The notes under the pieces: generated by a model
Told to the model about the DNA's origin: nothing
The model's input: only the letters and a program-made list of their open reading frames with translations
Database searches by the model: none
Virus record (IMG/VR): IMGVR_UViG_3300017911_001503
Coordinates: 1-44,206 of that record
DNA length: 44,206 nt
Strand: one strand, 5' to 3'
DNA from: a virus
Taxonomy: Duplodnaviria > Caudoviricetes
In this document: positions 18,182-26,501 of the stretch, piece by piece
How the letters are laid out: each line of letters starts with the position of its first letter
How positions within the stretch are numbered: the first letter of the stretch is position 1
Translations under genes and position numbers: made by a program

Positions 18182-19248
18182 TTACTGAAACCCTCACTGT
18201 GACCGTTGGCGGGCAGCGTGACTTCACGTTCACGTTCCCGTACATCACCAAAAGCCACCTGAGCGTCAAGGTCAACGACGTGGCTACCAGCGACTGGTCG
18301 CTCACGTCGACCCAGGTCTTGCGCCTCGGTGACACTTTCTCTGGCGGCGGCGCTCTCAGCATCAACGACACGGTGGCTATCAGCCGCACGACGCCGATTG
18401 CTGACCCCCTCGTCACCTTCTCCTCCCCCAGCACCCTCAGATCCTCGGAGATCAACCTTGCGATACAGCAAGTCCTCTACAACCTGCAAGAGCAAGACGC
18501 GCAAACCCTCTCGACCCTCAACGCGGACGCGGGGTTCACGCGGTGGGAAGGGCAAAACCTCCCGCTAAAGAGCCTTGGAGCGCCTGTGGATGCCACGGAC
18601 GCGGCTCGCAAGACGGACATCGACAACGCGATCGTCGCTGGCGGAAACATCCCTGCCTTCTCGATCACGGACGCCGGGCGAGCTCTCAGCATCAACTCCA
18701 GCGGCAACGTGGGCTGGCAAAGCCCTGGCGGGGGCATCAGCACATTCAAGGTCTCCGCTGACCCCTCTCCGGTCACTGGCGCAGACGGTGGGCATCAGCT
18801 TGTCGACGGTAACACGACGGAGATCGCGGACTGGACGGTCACCGGCGCCGCTCTGCCGGTTGAAAAGGTGGCTGACGTGGCTGCATGGTGGTCGGGCACC
18901 GCACCTTCGGTGTCTGGTACCTCCAGCATCGTCCTACCGACCTCCGGTGTCTACGAGGTCACGGTGCGCGGCAAGGTCCGCTCGATCGCTAACGCGACGC
19001 CTGGCATTTCCTCTGCCGCCGCTGCGATCACCAACGACCTCGGCCTGACCGTGTTCGACCGCCAGACGAACATGCGCCTGGGTCAGTCTGGGACCGGCGA
19101 CACTTGGCAGGGCACCGAAAGCTTCGTGCTCACGGCCTACATCACGGTCTCTGGCTCGCAGAACATCAACCTGCGGGCTCTCAAGAGCAACCCGGCGGAT
19201 GTCGTCATGGACACGCCGACCACCATCACTGTCAAAGAAATCCGATGA
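18178..19248 (+). CDS. Tail fibre protein (gp17-like N-terminal anchor)
   Basis: FTFTFPYITKSHLSV...SRTTP..LVTF..L.SSEIN...QVLYNLQE, the T7 tail-fibre N-terminal domain. Confidence 0.9.
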   Translation: MITETLTVTVGGQRDFTFTFPYITKSHLSVKVNDVATSDWSLTSTQVLRLGDTFSGGGALSINDTVAISRTTPIADPLVTFSSPSTLRSSEINLAIQQVLYNLQEQDAQTLSTLNADAGFTRWEGQNLPLKSLGAPVDATDAARKTDIDNAIVAGGNIPAFSITDAGRALSINSSGNVGWQSPGGGISTFKVSADPSPVTGADGGHQLVDGNTTEIADWTVTGAALPVEKVADVAAWWSGTAPSVSGTSSIVLPTSGVYEVTVRGKVRSIANATPGISSAAAAITNDLGLTVFDRQTNMRLGQSGTGDTWQGTESFVLTAYITVSGSQNINLRALKSNPADVVMDTPTTITVKEIR

Positions 19249-19475
19249 GTGACCACCTTGAAGAGATGGACCGCCTGCTGGCGGAGTCGCATCTCAACGC
19301 TCTCCGCAACCCAGAAGCTACCGCGAGCGATAGAGAAGCTGCGCGGAAGTATCTTGCCGCCAAGGGCTATGCTGGCCCGTCTGTGGCGGGTCACGCCAAG
19401 GCTGAAGACGACCACCCTGTACTCCGTTTGGCCGAGTGGACGACTGACGAACTGCGTGCGGAGTATGGTAGCTGA
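19245..19475 (+). CDS. Terminase small subunit (gp18-like)
   Basis: LNALRNPEATASDREAARKYL matches the gp18 pattern; position before the large terminase; ATG at 19245. Confidence 0.75.
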   Translation: MSDHLEEMDRLLAESHLNALRNPEATASDREAARKYLAAKGYAGPSVAGHAKAEDDHPVLRLAEWTTDELRAEYGS

Positions 19476-19785
19476 CAGGGCCGCACGGAAGCGTGCCCGC
19501 GAGATCCTGACGGTTCTCACCAACGTGCTCCCCGTTCCCTTCCCGGTCAGTCTCCGCTGGAGACGACTTGAGGGGTTCGGGGAGTCTCTTGTATCGACAA
19601 AGAAGGATGGCTCGCGCAGCGCAGTCATTGATCTCCGCGCAGACCTCAACGAGGCCGTAGCCGTAGAGACTTTGTGCCACGAGTACGCGCATCTGATCTC
19701 GACTGACTACTACGGGACCTCTCACGACGCCGTGTGGGGTCTCGCATACTCTGACGTTTACAAGGTCGTCTACGGCGACCACTGA
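19465..19785 (+). CDS. Small HExxH zinc metallopeptidase-like protein (SprT/ImmA-like)
   Basis: ETLCHEYAH followed by HDAVW; ATG at 19465. Confidence 0.7.
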   Translation: MVADRAARKRAREILTVLTNVLPVPFPVSLRWRRLEGFGESLVSTKKDGSRSAVIDLRADLNEAVAVETLCHEYAHLISTDYYGTSHDAVWGLAYSDVYKVVYGDH

Positions 19786-19786
19786 C

Positions 19787-21511
19787 ATGCAAATCCCTGC
19801 CGATCACCCCGCAAGAGACTTCCGAGTCTTCTCAGAGCGCATCTGGAAGCACCTAAACCTACCTGCGCTGACCCCAGTGCAGCGGGATATCTGTGTCTGG
19901 CTCCAGCACGGGGGCAAGCGTAACCAGACGCACGCCTTCCGGGGTGTCGGCAAGTCTTACCTGTGCTCTGCCTACGTCCTTTGGTCGCTCTTCCTCAACC
20001 CTGAGGAGAAGTGCCTAGTCATCTCGGCGTCCAAGGAGCGTGCAGACAGCTTCGTGAAGTTCACGAGGCGCCTGATCGACGAGGTGCCTTTCCTCCAGCA
20101 CCTACGGCCTGACCGCAACCGCGGAGACCGCGATTCCAACATCTCGTTCGACGTGGGCGCGGCCAAGGCTGGGGCTCACTCGCCTTCCGTGCGCTCTGCG
20201 GGCATCACATCGCAGATCACGGGCTCTCGTGCGTCCCTGATCGTCCTCGATGACGTTGAGGTGCCCGCCAACTCGGCCACACCGGCCATGCGGGAGAAGC
20301 TGTCGGAGTCCATCAAGGAGATCGACGCTATTCTCCTGCCCGAGTCCAAGAAACTCAACGTCGAGCCCCGTGTCCGCATCCTGGGGACGCCCCAGAGCAT
20401 GGAGACGGTGTACGCAACGCTCGAAGAGCGGGGCTACCGCACCCGAATCTGGCCCATCGAGGTCCCTGAGGAGCACACAGCCGACGGCTACCGCGGAAAC
20501 CTAGCTCCGATGGTGCAGAAGATGCTAGACGACGGCGATGCGGCGGGCACATCGGTCGAGCCGTCGCGTTTCCCGAAGCACGACATCGCGGAACGGCGCC
20601 TTTCCTACGGCACGCTGGGCTTCATGCTTCAGTTCATGCTGTCCACGGCCCTCTCGGACTCCGAGAAGTTCCCGCTGAAGACTAAAGACCTCATGGTCGC
20701 CTCCTTCCCGGTCGATCAGGCCCGCGAAGTCTACGTCCACAGCAACCATCCGCAGTTCAAGCTGCGTGAACACCCCAATGTGGGTATGCACGGGGACGGT
20801 TTCTACGCGGTGGGGGACCAGATTGGCGACTACACCAAGTTCGACAACACGATTGTGGCTGTCGACCCGTCTGCACGGGGCCGAGACGAGACCGCAGTGG
20901 TTTCAATGTCCTCCCTAGGCGGTCAACTGTTCCTCCACAGGTGCTTCGGGCTTCTCAGCGGCTACGCAGAGGAGACTCTGGAGGCGATTGCACAGGAGTG
21001 CGCGCGCGTGAAGGCCCGCAGAGTGGTCATCGAGAGCAACTTTGGCGACGGCATGTTCTCGCAACTGCTCAAGCCGGTGCTCAACCGGGTGTACCCCTGT
21101 GCCATTGAAGAGGTACGCAACAGCCAGATGAAGGAGCAGCGGATCATTGACACGCTTGCCCCTGTCATTGAGGGCCACAGACTCATCGTACACGAGTCGG
21201 TGCTGTCATCTGACCGTGTCCCGCACGCCGAGGACTCACTCGAGCGCCAGCGGGACCGCCAACTGTTCTACCAGATGACGCACTTGACCGCTGAAAAGCA
21301 GTGCCTAGCGCACGACGACCGTCTCGACTGCCTTGCTCTGGCGGTCGGACACTTCAACTCCACCCTTCTACTCGACGCCCAAGCTGAGTACAGACTCCGT
21401 GCTGAGGCGTCGTGGGACAAACTTGCCGGTACGCCGGAACAACAGAACCACAACTGGCTTCACTTCGGGGCCAAAGCCACGGCCTTCGGCGCCGACCCAT
21501 TCTCCCTATGA
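19787..21511 (+). CDS. Terminase large subunit (gp19-like)
   Basis: AFRGVGKS Walker A, ITGSRASLIVLDDVE, LGTPQS, VDPSARGRDET, ESNFGDGMF, HDDRLD. Confidence 0.98.
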   Translation: MQIPADHPARDFRVFSERIWKHLNLPALTPVQRDICVWLQHGGKRNQTHAFRGVGKSYLCSAYVLWSLFLNPEEKCLVISASKERADSFVKFTRRLIDEVPFLQHLRPDRNRGDRDSNISFDVGAAKAGAHSPSVRSAGITSQITGSRASLIVLDDVEVPANSATPAMREKLSESIKEIDAILLPESKKLNVEPRVRILGTPQSMETVYATLEERGYRTRIWPIEVPEEHTADGYRGNLAPMVQKMLDDGDAAGTSVEPSRFPKHDIAERRLSYGTLGFMLQFMLSTALSDSEKFPLKTKDLMVASFPVDQAREVYVHSNHPQFKLREHPNVGMHGDGFYAVGDQIGDYTKFDNTIVAVDPSARGRDETAVVSMSSLGGQLFLHRCFGLLSGYAEETLEAIAQECARVKARRVVIESNFGDGMFSQLLKPVLNRVYPCAIEEVRNSQMKEQRIIDTLAPVIEGHRLIVHESVLSSDRVPHAEDSLERQRDRQLFYQMTHLTAEKQCLAHDDRLDCLALAVGHFNSTLLLDAQAEYRLRAEASWDKLAGTPEQQNHNWLHFGAKATAFGADPFSL

Positions 21512-21828
21512 GTTGGACTCCCACACAGACGCACGCGCACCGAATCGAACTGGACCCTGAGGGCAGGTTCGTGGTTCTGGAGCGTTCCTACGAACACAGG
21601 GGCCAGCGTAAGCCTGGAACCCCTAGCTACGACCATGTGCAGGATCTTGAGCAAGAGCTATGGGCGCCTGTTGCACGCTACAACACGCTTATGGAAGCTT
21701 GCCTCCTGTGCTATGTGCGAGGACTCGACAACAACCAAGCTATCCGCGAGCTTGATCTAGGCGGACTTGACCCGCTTGGCACGGAAGTCACGTTCGTCAA
21801 ACAGCAATTCGAGAAACTAACTATCTGA
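21508..21828 (+). CDS. Hypothetical protein
   Basis: ATGA-coupled to the terminase; 106 aa. Confidence 0.7.
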   Translation: MSWTPTQTHAHRIELDPEGRFVVLERSYEHRGQRKPGTPSYDHVQDLEQELWAPVARYNTLMEACLLCYVRGLDNNQAIRELDLGGLDPLGTEVTFVKQQFEKLTI

Positions 21829-21865
21829 GGTTACGCCCGACAACCCAGACGGAGGTGAGCATCTG

Positions 21866-21907
21866 CATACGGAGGAGTCTCAAGGTTCGCCGTGTCTCCT
21901 CCGTATG
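21866..21907 (+). promoter_or_regulatory. Perfect 12-bp stem-loop (RNA processing/terminator-like)
   Basis: CATACGGAGGAG...CTCCTCCGTATG, intergenic. Confidence 0.5.
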
Positions 21908-21931
21908 TTTCAACCCCTCCCCTACACATAC

Positions 21932-22291
21932 ATGGCACACGCACTCATCATTACCGCCAAGCCGGGCGGTGGCCTCACTTACGACGACAACGACGTGGTC
22001 CAAGTCCTTGACGGGCACCAAGACCCCGGCAACGCCGTCAAGCCCAGCAGCAGCGGCTTCCTGTTCGTCTACTGCTCCGACAAAGAGCACGACGACCCCG
22101 ACATCGCAGTCCTCATGTCCGGGTACGACGACGGCGCGGACCCGCCCAGCCCGATTGCCAAGCGTCGGTTCAGCCTGGCACTTTCCGGCACCGAGTTCGA
22201 GACTTGGGTGCCCTACGATCAAGCGTCAGCTGCGGGCATTGAGAAGACTTGGGCCGAGCTACAGGCCCTGATTACGGACAAGGGGGCCTGA
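21932..22291 (+). CDS. Hypothetical protein (probable partner of downstream virion protein)
   Basis: 119-aa ORF with phage-typical codon use; C-rich leader. Confidence 0.75.
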   Translation: MAHALIITAKPGGGLTYDDNDVVQVLDGHQDPGNAVKPSSSGFLFVYCSDKEHDDPDIAVLMSGYDDGADPPSPIAKRRFSLALSGTEFETWVPYDQASAAGIEKTWAELQALITDKGA

Positions 22292-22294
22292 TAC

Positions 22295-23413
22295 ATGGTC
22301 ACAGTTATTAACCGAACCATCGGGGCCACGGGCCGAGACTACGCCACGTTCTCGCTGGCTGAGGCGGATGTCGAGAACATCGGAACCTCTGCGGACCTTG
22401 TTGCAAACGACGAAGCCATTGTCTTCACGGCAGACGCGGGCACTTACGGCGGATACACAAATAGCAGCACTCTGACCACCGACAGCACGCGCAATGTCAC
22501 TTACCGCTGCGCGGACCGCTCCAATCGTCCTTTGATTGACGCAGGTTCTTCGTTTCAGGCCGTGCAAATTAGGGACGATCACACCCACTTCGACGGCATT
22601 GACGTACAGACCGCAGGCGGCTCTGGGTTCAAAGCATTTGATCCTCAGGTAGGTATCCGAATTGAGAACAGCCGCGCGACTACGCTTCGGGGGGTCATGT
22701 TCGCAAACGAAACCACCATGGGGTCCGCCTCGGATCCGATTGTACTTCGGAACGTCGTCAGCTCTGCTAAGGACCAAGACGTAAGGCTTGGTAACAACAA
22801 TGGTGCCATCTATGTAGATGTAATCAACATGACATCTGTGCCTTACATCGAGTCGAGGAGCGGTAAAACACAGCTTCTGTTCCAGTCAACGGCTGCGGGC
22901 CAAGCCAACATCTACAACTTTGTCAATCTAGACTCGACCGCCAATAGGCAGATTGACACCAGCGCAGCAGTCAGCGGCTCAAACAACATTGGCCTAGCCG
23001 GGGGCGACTCCAATCGCTCATTCTCCACTTACGGCATCGGCTCTGAGAAGACTCCGACTACGAACGACAACCCTGGCGCTGGTGACTGGGTGATCTTCAT
23101 CAGTTCGAGCGGTCAACTCGTGTACGACGACGACAACGACGCCGCAGGTCAAGGAGTAGGCCCGGCCTCCCAGGCGCTAGTCTCCTCGATTGGCATCCTT
23201 GGGCAAGCGCGGTCAGGCGCAACGACCGAAGTCGGAGCTTTCGCCACGCTGCACGGCGCACCGCCGCCCGCCCTACCCTCTACCGGAGGCGCCGACACCT
23301 CCGACCAGCTTCCCTTCCCCTCAGGTATCCGCGGAGCCGCCCTGCGTGGCCTGGGTATCCGAGGTGAGGCTATCCGCGGCAGGCACCTGCGAGGCCCCAG
23401 CCGACAGGAGTGA
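22295..23413 (+). CDS. Putative virion accessory/spike protein (beta-helix-like)
   Basis: TIGATGRDYAT N-terminus, Asn/Thr/Ser-rich beta repeats, EVGAF motif, Pro linker and [IL]RG-repeat tail. Confidence 0.6.
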   Translation: MVTVINRTIGATGRDYATFSLAEADVENIGTSADLVANDEAIVFTADAGTYGGYTNSSTLTTDSTRNVTYRCADRSNRPLIDAGSSFQAVQIRDDHTHFDGIDVQTAGGSGFKAFDPQVGIRIENSRATTLRGVMFANETTMGSASDPIVLRNVVSSAKDQDVRLGNNNGAIYVDVINMTSVPYIESRSGKTQLLFQSTAAGQANIYNFVNLDSTANRQIDTSAAVSGSNNIGLAGGDSNRSFSTYGIGSEKTPTTNDNPGAGDWVIFISSSGQLVYDDDNDAAGQGVGPASQALVSSIGILGQARSGATTEVGAFATLHGAPPPALPSTGGADTSDQLPFPSGIRGAALRGLGIRGEAIRGRHLRGPSRQE

Positions 23414-23418
23414 CAAAA

Positions 23419-23458
23419 GCAAACCCCCTAGGCCACCTAAGGCTCAGGGGGTTTCTTG
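23419..23458. terminator. Bidirectional terminator between convergent blocks
   Basis: AAACCCC...GGGGTTT stem flanked by A- and T-runs where plus and minus gene blocks converge. Confidence 0.75.
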
Positions 23459-23471
23459 CACTCTCTAGTGG

Positions 23472-23702
23472 CTACGCAGGTGTAGTCACTAGGTGCAGGG
23501 CATCTGGGTAGTCGACCCAGAACCCAAGGAGGTTGTTCATCTCCTCGAGACTGTCGTAGTCATCTACGTCACAGCAGACCATCGTCATGACCTCTTCGTC
23601 TTGTCCTAGCTCTAGGCGGATGCGTCCATCGCCAAGAGTCACGATCTCTGCGTAACGGCAGGAGTCGTCAATGCGGGTGGTAGTGCGGTTATGCGTAAAC
23701 AT
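23472..23702 (-). CDS. Hypothetical protein
   Basis: 76-aa acidic ORF; TGATG coupling with upstream gene. Confidence 0.7.
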   Translation of the reverse strand: MFTHNRTTTRIDDSCRYAEIVTLGDGRIRLELGQDEEVMTMVCCDVDDYDSLEEMNNLLGFWVDYPDALHLVTTPA

Positions 23703-23881
23703 CAAAAAGGCACGGGAGCTTCAGGCTGCTCCCAGGTCAGTTCGAGGACATTGTCTAGGCTCATGTAGACTTTGTCCGGGAGACCCTTGGGCACATCCAC
23801 GTCGGCCTGAGCCATGATCCGCAGCAGCGCCTCAAGGTTGATCTTGATCTGGACTTGGTTCTTCTTCTCGTAGTAGTTCAT
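23702..23881 (-). CDS. Hypothetical protein (59 aa, not in ORF track)
   Basis: MNYYEKKNQVQIKINLEALLRIM...; coupled at both ends to its neighbours. Confidence 0.7.
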   Translation of the reverse strand: MNYYEKKNQVQIKINLEALLRIMAQADVDVPKGLPDKVYMSLDNVLELTWEQPEAPVPF

Positions 23882-24195
23882 TGTCGTTTCTGGCGTCGGA
23901 TGAGTTTCTTGACGTTCGCGGACACGATGTCCTGCACATTGAAGTCGAGGGCGTTCAGGAGTGCAACATATCCCCAGAGAACGTCCCCAAGTTCGTCATG
24001 CAGCTTCTCAACGTCGTCGGGAGACAGACGGCCTCCTGCGCGGCGAGAAGCCTTCTGGAAGATCTCGGTGACCTCCCCTAGCTCCCCCTGAAGCTCCAGT
24101 AGGGCTCCGAGGGCTGCGTTGTCACTAGGCGTCGCGTGAACGAACCCGCGGTTCTTGCAGGTGCTCTCGACGAACTCTACATAGGCGTCTAGCAT
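23878..24195 (-). CDS. mazG: MazG-like nucleotide pyrophosphohydrolase
   Basis: GELGEVTE...DELGDVLW..NVKKL (ExxE...ExxD metal motif). Confidence 0.88.
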   Translation of the reverse strand: MLDAYVEFVESTCKNRGFVHATPSDNAALGALLELQGELGEVTEIFQKASRRAGGRLSPDDVEKLHDELGDVLWGYVALLNALDFNVQDIVSANVKKLIRRQKRQ

Positions 24196-25052
24196 GGGAT
24201 CTTGCTGATGAGGTCAGTGAGGGCTAGTTCGGCTTGCTGGGGAACGACTGCGTTGCCAAGGGCGCGAAGGCGGTCCACCCGATTGGAAAGCCCATCAGGG
24301 ACTCCACAAATATTGGATTGAGTCGCAGGCCAGAGGTGTTCGGGAACATCGCTCCAGTCGTCCGCGGGGCCGCGAGGCCCAATCTCCCCTTGGTCGGCTC
24401 CTTGAGGCTGGGATCCGTCCCGTCCTTGTGATCCCTTGCTGTCGGTGTCGGCCAGTTCTTCGCTGCTCCCGGCAGCTTCAGCACGACCTTGTTGTGATCG
24501 CCATTGCTGTACGCATACGCGCTCCCCGTTGAGTCGTTCACTGTCGCGGTAGGCCAAGATGAAGAGCCGGTTCCTGCGGTGGGGAAGTCCGGCTTGGGCT
24601 GCGCTGTATACACCCCACTCTGCATTGAACCCCAGTTGGGCAACTTCTTCGAGGACTTCGTGGAGCCCTTTGCTGACGTGTCCTTGGACGTTTTCGAGAA
24701 CAAGAGCCCTTGGCTGGATTTCTCGGATGATTCGCGCAACGTCAGGCCAGAGGTGCCTTGGGTCGTCTGCGCCCCTGCGTTTGCCTGCGGAGCTGAAAGG
24801 CTGACAGGGGTATCCCGCAGCGACGAGATCCACTGCTCCACGCCATGCTGTGCCGTCGAAAGACTTGAGATCCGTCCACACAGGTGCTGGATCCAGAGAT
24901 CCTTCTTCCATGCGCGTTGCCAAGATTTCGATGCACGCTGCTTCCCTCTCCACGTAACAGACTGTTCGAGAAGCTGGAAACACTCGTCGGATCCCAAGGT
25001 CCAACCCGCCGATTCCGGCGCAGAGCGACAAGACGCGGGGATTACTGCCCAC
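24189..25052 (-). CDS. DNA (cytosine-5) methyltransferase, alpha chain
   Basis: Motifs I (LCAGIGG), IV (GYPCQPFS), VI (ENV), VIII (RRNRLF), X (LGNAVVP); probable GTG start at 25052 after GAGGAGG. Confidence 0.92.
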   Translation of the reverse strand: MGSNPRVLSLCAGIGGLDLGIRRVFPASRTVCYVEREAACIEILATRMEEGSLDPAPVWTDLKSFDGTAWRGAVDLVAAGYPCQPFSSAGKRRGADDPRHLWPDVARIIREIQPRALVLENVQGHVSKGLHEVLEEVAQLGFNAEWGVYSAAQAGLPHRRNRLFILAYRDSERLNGERVCVQQWRSQQGRAEAAGSSEELADTDSKGSQGRDGSQPQGADQGEIGPRGPADDWSDVPEHLWPATQSNICGVPDGLSNRVDRLRALGNAVVPQQAELALTDLISKIPC

Positions 25053-25054
25053 AC
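24224..25054 (-). CDS. Nested out-of-frame ORF: putative methyltransferase beta chain carrying motif IX
   Basis: 276-aa stop-free alternative frame with WPT repeats and LNPIFVESLMGFPIGWT (motif IX-like). Confidence 0.7.
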   Translation of the reverse strand: MWAVIPASCRSAPESAGWTLGSDECFQLLEQSVTWRGKQRASKSWQRAWKKDLWIQHLCGRISSLSTAQHGVEQWISSLRDTPVSLSAPQANAGAQTTQGTSGLTLRESSEKSSQGLLFSKTSKDTSAKGSTKSSKKLPNWGSMQSGVYTAQPKPDFPTAGTGSSSWPTATVNDSTGSAYAYSNGDHNKVVLKLPGAAKNWPTPTARDHKDGTDPSLKEPTKGRLGLAAPRTTGAMFPNTSGLRLNPIFVESLMGFPIGWTAFAPLATQSFPSKPN

Positions 25055-25170
25055 TCTTCACCCTCCTCAACCTCCTCTTCCGGGAACCCCTCGCGGTCCC
25101 ACTGGAGCACCTGCTGAAGGTCCTTCATGATCTGGTCGATCATCTTGTCGACTTCGTCCTTGTCACTCAT
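25042..25170 (-). CDS. Small acidic protein (42 aa)
   Basis: MSDKDEVDKMIDQIMKDLQQ...EEEVEEGEECGQ; GGAGG upstream. Confidence 0.65.
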   Translation of the reverse strand: MSDKDEVDKMIDQIMKDLQQVLQWDREGFPEEEVEEGEECGQ

Positions 25171-25327
25171 CGTCGGCCTCCTTGGCGTCGCTGGCGATTT
25201 CTTCGGTCTCCTCAAGGAACTCTTGAGCAAGGCTCAGAGCGTCTTGAGTGGCTTTGGCGATGTCCTCAAGGAACTTGACAATGTCCTCTAGGGCATCGAA
25301 CTCGTCGTAGTCTTCGGTGTCAGTCAT
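25163..25327 (-). CDS. Small highly acidic protein (54 aa, not in ORF track)
   Basis: MTDTEDYDEFDALEDIVKFLEDIAKATQDALSLAQEFLEETEEIASDAKEADDE; ATGA-coupled to RuvC stop. Confidence 0.7.
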   Translation of the reverse strand: MTDTEDYDEFDALEDIVKFLEDIAKATQDALSLAQEFLEETEEIASDAKEADDE

Positions 25328-25812
25328 AGGTCAAGGGTTTCGTCTAGTCCGAACAGGGCGATGCAGAGGGCGTCGGCAATCCCGTCGCTCTCCTTGCGGC
25401 ACCCAGGGGGCACAAGGTTCACAGTCTTGAAAGTCTTGGCGGCTTTGTCAATGGCAGCGGCCTTGTTCCGCTCCTCGTAGCTCGCCAGCACCTTCTTCTT
25501 CCACGCCTGGGGCGTCACGAGCCTGACCGGGAGCTTGAAAGCCCCGCAGGCCCCAAACAGCCCCCCGTAGTTCGTGCCAAACTTGAAGGTCGAAGCCACA
25601 CCCTGCTTAGGCATGGAGTGGACCTTCTCGATGTACACGATCCCCGACCAGGGACGCAGCAGGTCTGCCACGCGCTCCCAGTCAATGCTCTTGTCGCCCC
25701 TCAGAGGCATCGGATGTGCCTCCGTGTGACCCTTAGGTCCGAGCAGAGGAATGATGGCAATGCCACCCTTCTGTCCCGGATCGATACCCACAACTGCCTT
25801 ACGTCTTCTCAT
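25324..25812 (-). CDS. ruvC: RuvC-like Holliday junction resolvase
   Basis: GIDPG, YIEKV, TFKFG, VTPQAWKK, DGIADALCIA catalytic motifs; ATG at 25812. Confidence 0.88.
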   Translation of the reverse strand: MRRRKAVVGIDPGQKGGIAIIPLLGPKGHTEAHPMPLRGDKSIDWERVADLLRPWSGIVYIEKVHSMPKQGVASTFKFGTNYGGLFGACGAFKLPVRLVTPQAWKKKVLASYEERNKAAAIDKAAKTFKTVNLVPPGCRKESDGIADALCIALFGLDETLDL

Positions 25813-25955
25813 GACTGTTCTAGTACGGGTTTTCCGCACAGCGAATGCACTTATCCTACAGAGCCTCTGTGAGCCCCTATGCTGCATTCTGACACAAATG
25901 TGACTTGGGAGTCATGTCGGACACAAGAGTCCAGTACGGGGCCTTACAGGGCCTC

Positions 25956-26165
25956 TCAGGGCATCCTACGCTCTAGGGCACTAAAAGCACGCTCAAGGGC
26001 CTCGAAGGCTTTGTTGGCTTCCTCGCGAAGCTTCACGATGTTCGGGTAGTCAGGGGAGTTGCGGTCCAGCCGGGCCTTCTCTGCGTAGTGGCAGGAGTGG
26101 CACTGGCCGTCGGGATGAGAGTGCCGCCATGTATGGCAGGTCTTACAGAGCTTCCTCAGCTTCAT
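25956..26165 (-). CDS. Hypothetical Cys/His (zinc-ribbon-like) protein
   Basis: CxxC..CxxC plus coiled C-terminus. Confidence 0.65.
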   Translation of the reverse strand: MKLRKLCKTCHTWRHSHPDGQCHSCHYAEKARLDRNSPDYPNIVKLREEANKAFEALERAFSALERRMP

Positions 26166-26466
26166 AGTCTCGGTGTCTGGTCGTCAGGGACAGGTTGATG
26201 GTCAGGCTGTCGATGTCACCCATGCGGATACCGCGGGGCGTATCTGCGAACCCAGGGTGTAGATCGACAGCTCGGCTCGTGGAAATGAGGGGTTCTCCAA
26301 TAAGAAGTTCCCCACGGTCCCTGGCTGCGTCCACGCGGGCCTGATGGACCCTGATGGCGGCTTTGAGGCCCTCGATGCTCGTGTGGCGCTTCTGCACAGC
26401 AGGCTGCGTGGACACTGCGTCAGCTTGGAGGCGAGGATCGAGAGTCTTCGGTGCGATGTCATTCAT
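26143..26466 (-). CDS. Hypothetical protein, first gene of minus block
   Basis: 107-aa ORF directly downstream of a sigma70-like promoter. Confidence 0.65.
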   Translation of the reverse strand: MNDIAPKTLDPRLQADAVSTQPAVQKRHTSIEGLKAAIRVHQARVDAARDRGELLIGEPLISTSRAVDLHPGFADTPRGIRMGDIDSLTINLSLTTRHRDYEAEEAL

Positions 26467-26472
26467 GACCCC

Positions 26473-26501
26473 GGTTTACAGGGTCTCTGACGAGGGCGCA
26501 A
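26473..26501 (-). promoter_or_regulatory. Putative host sigma70 promoter (leaderless transcript)
   Basis: TTGCGC-17 nt-TAAACC on the minus strand, 6 nt before the ATG at 26466. Confidence 0.45.
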
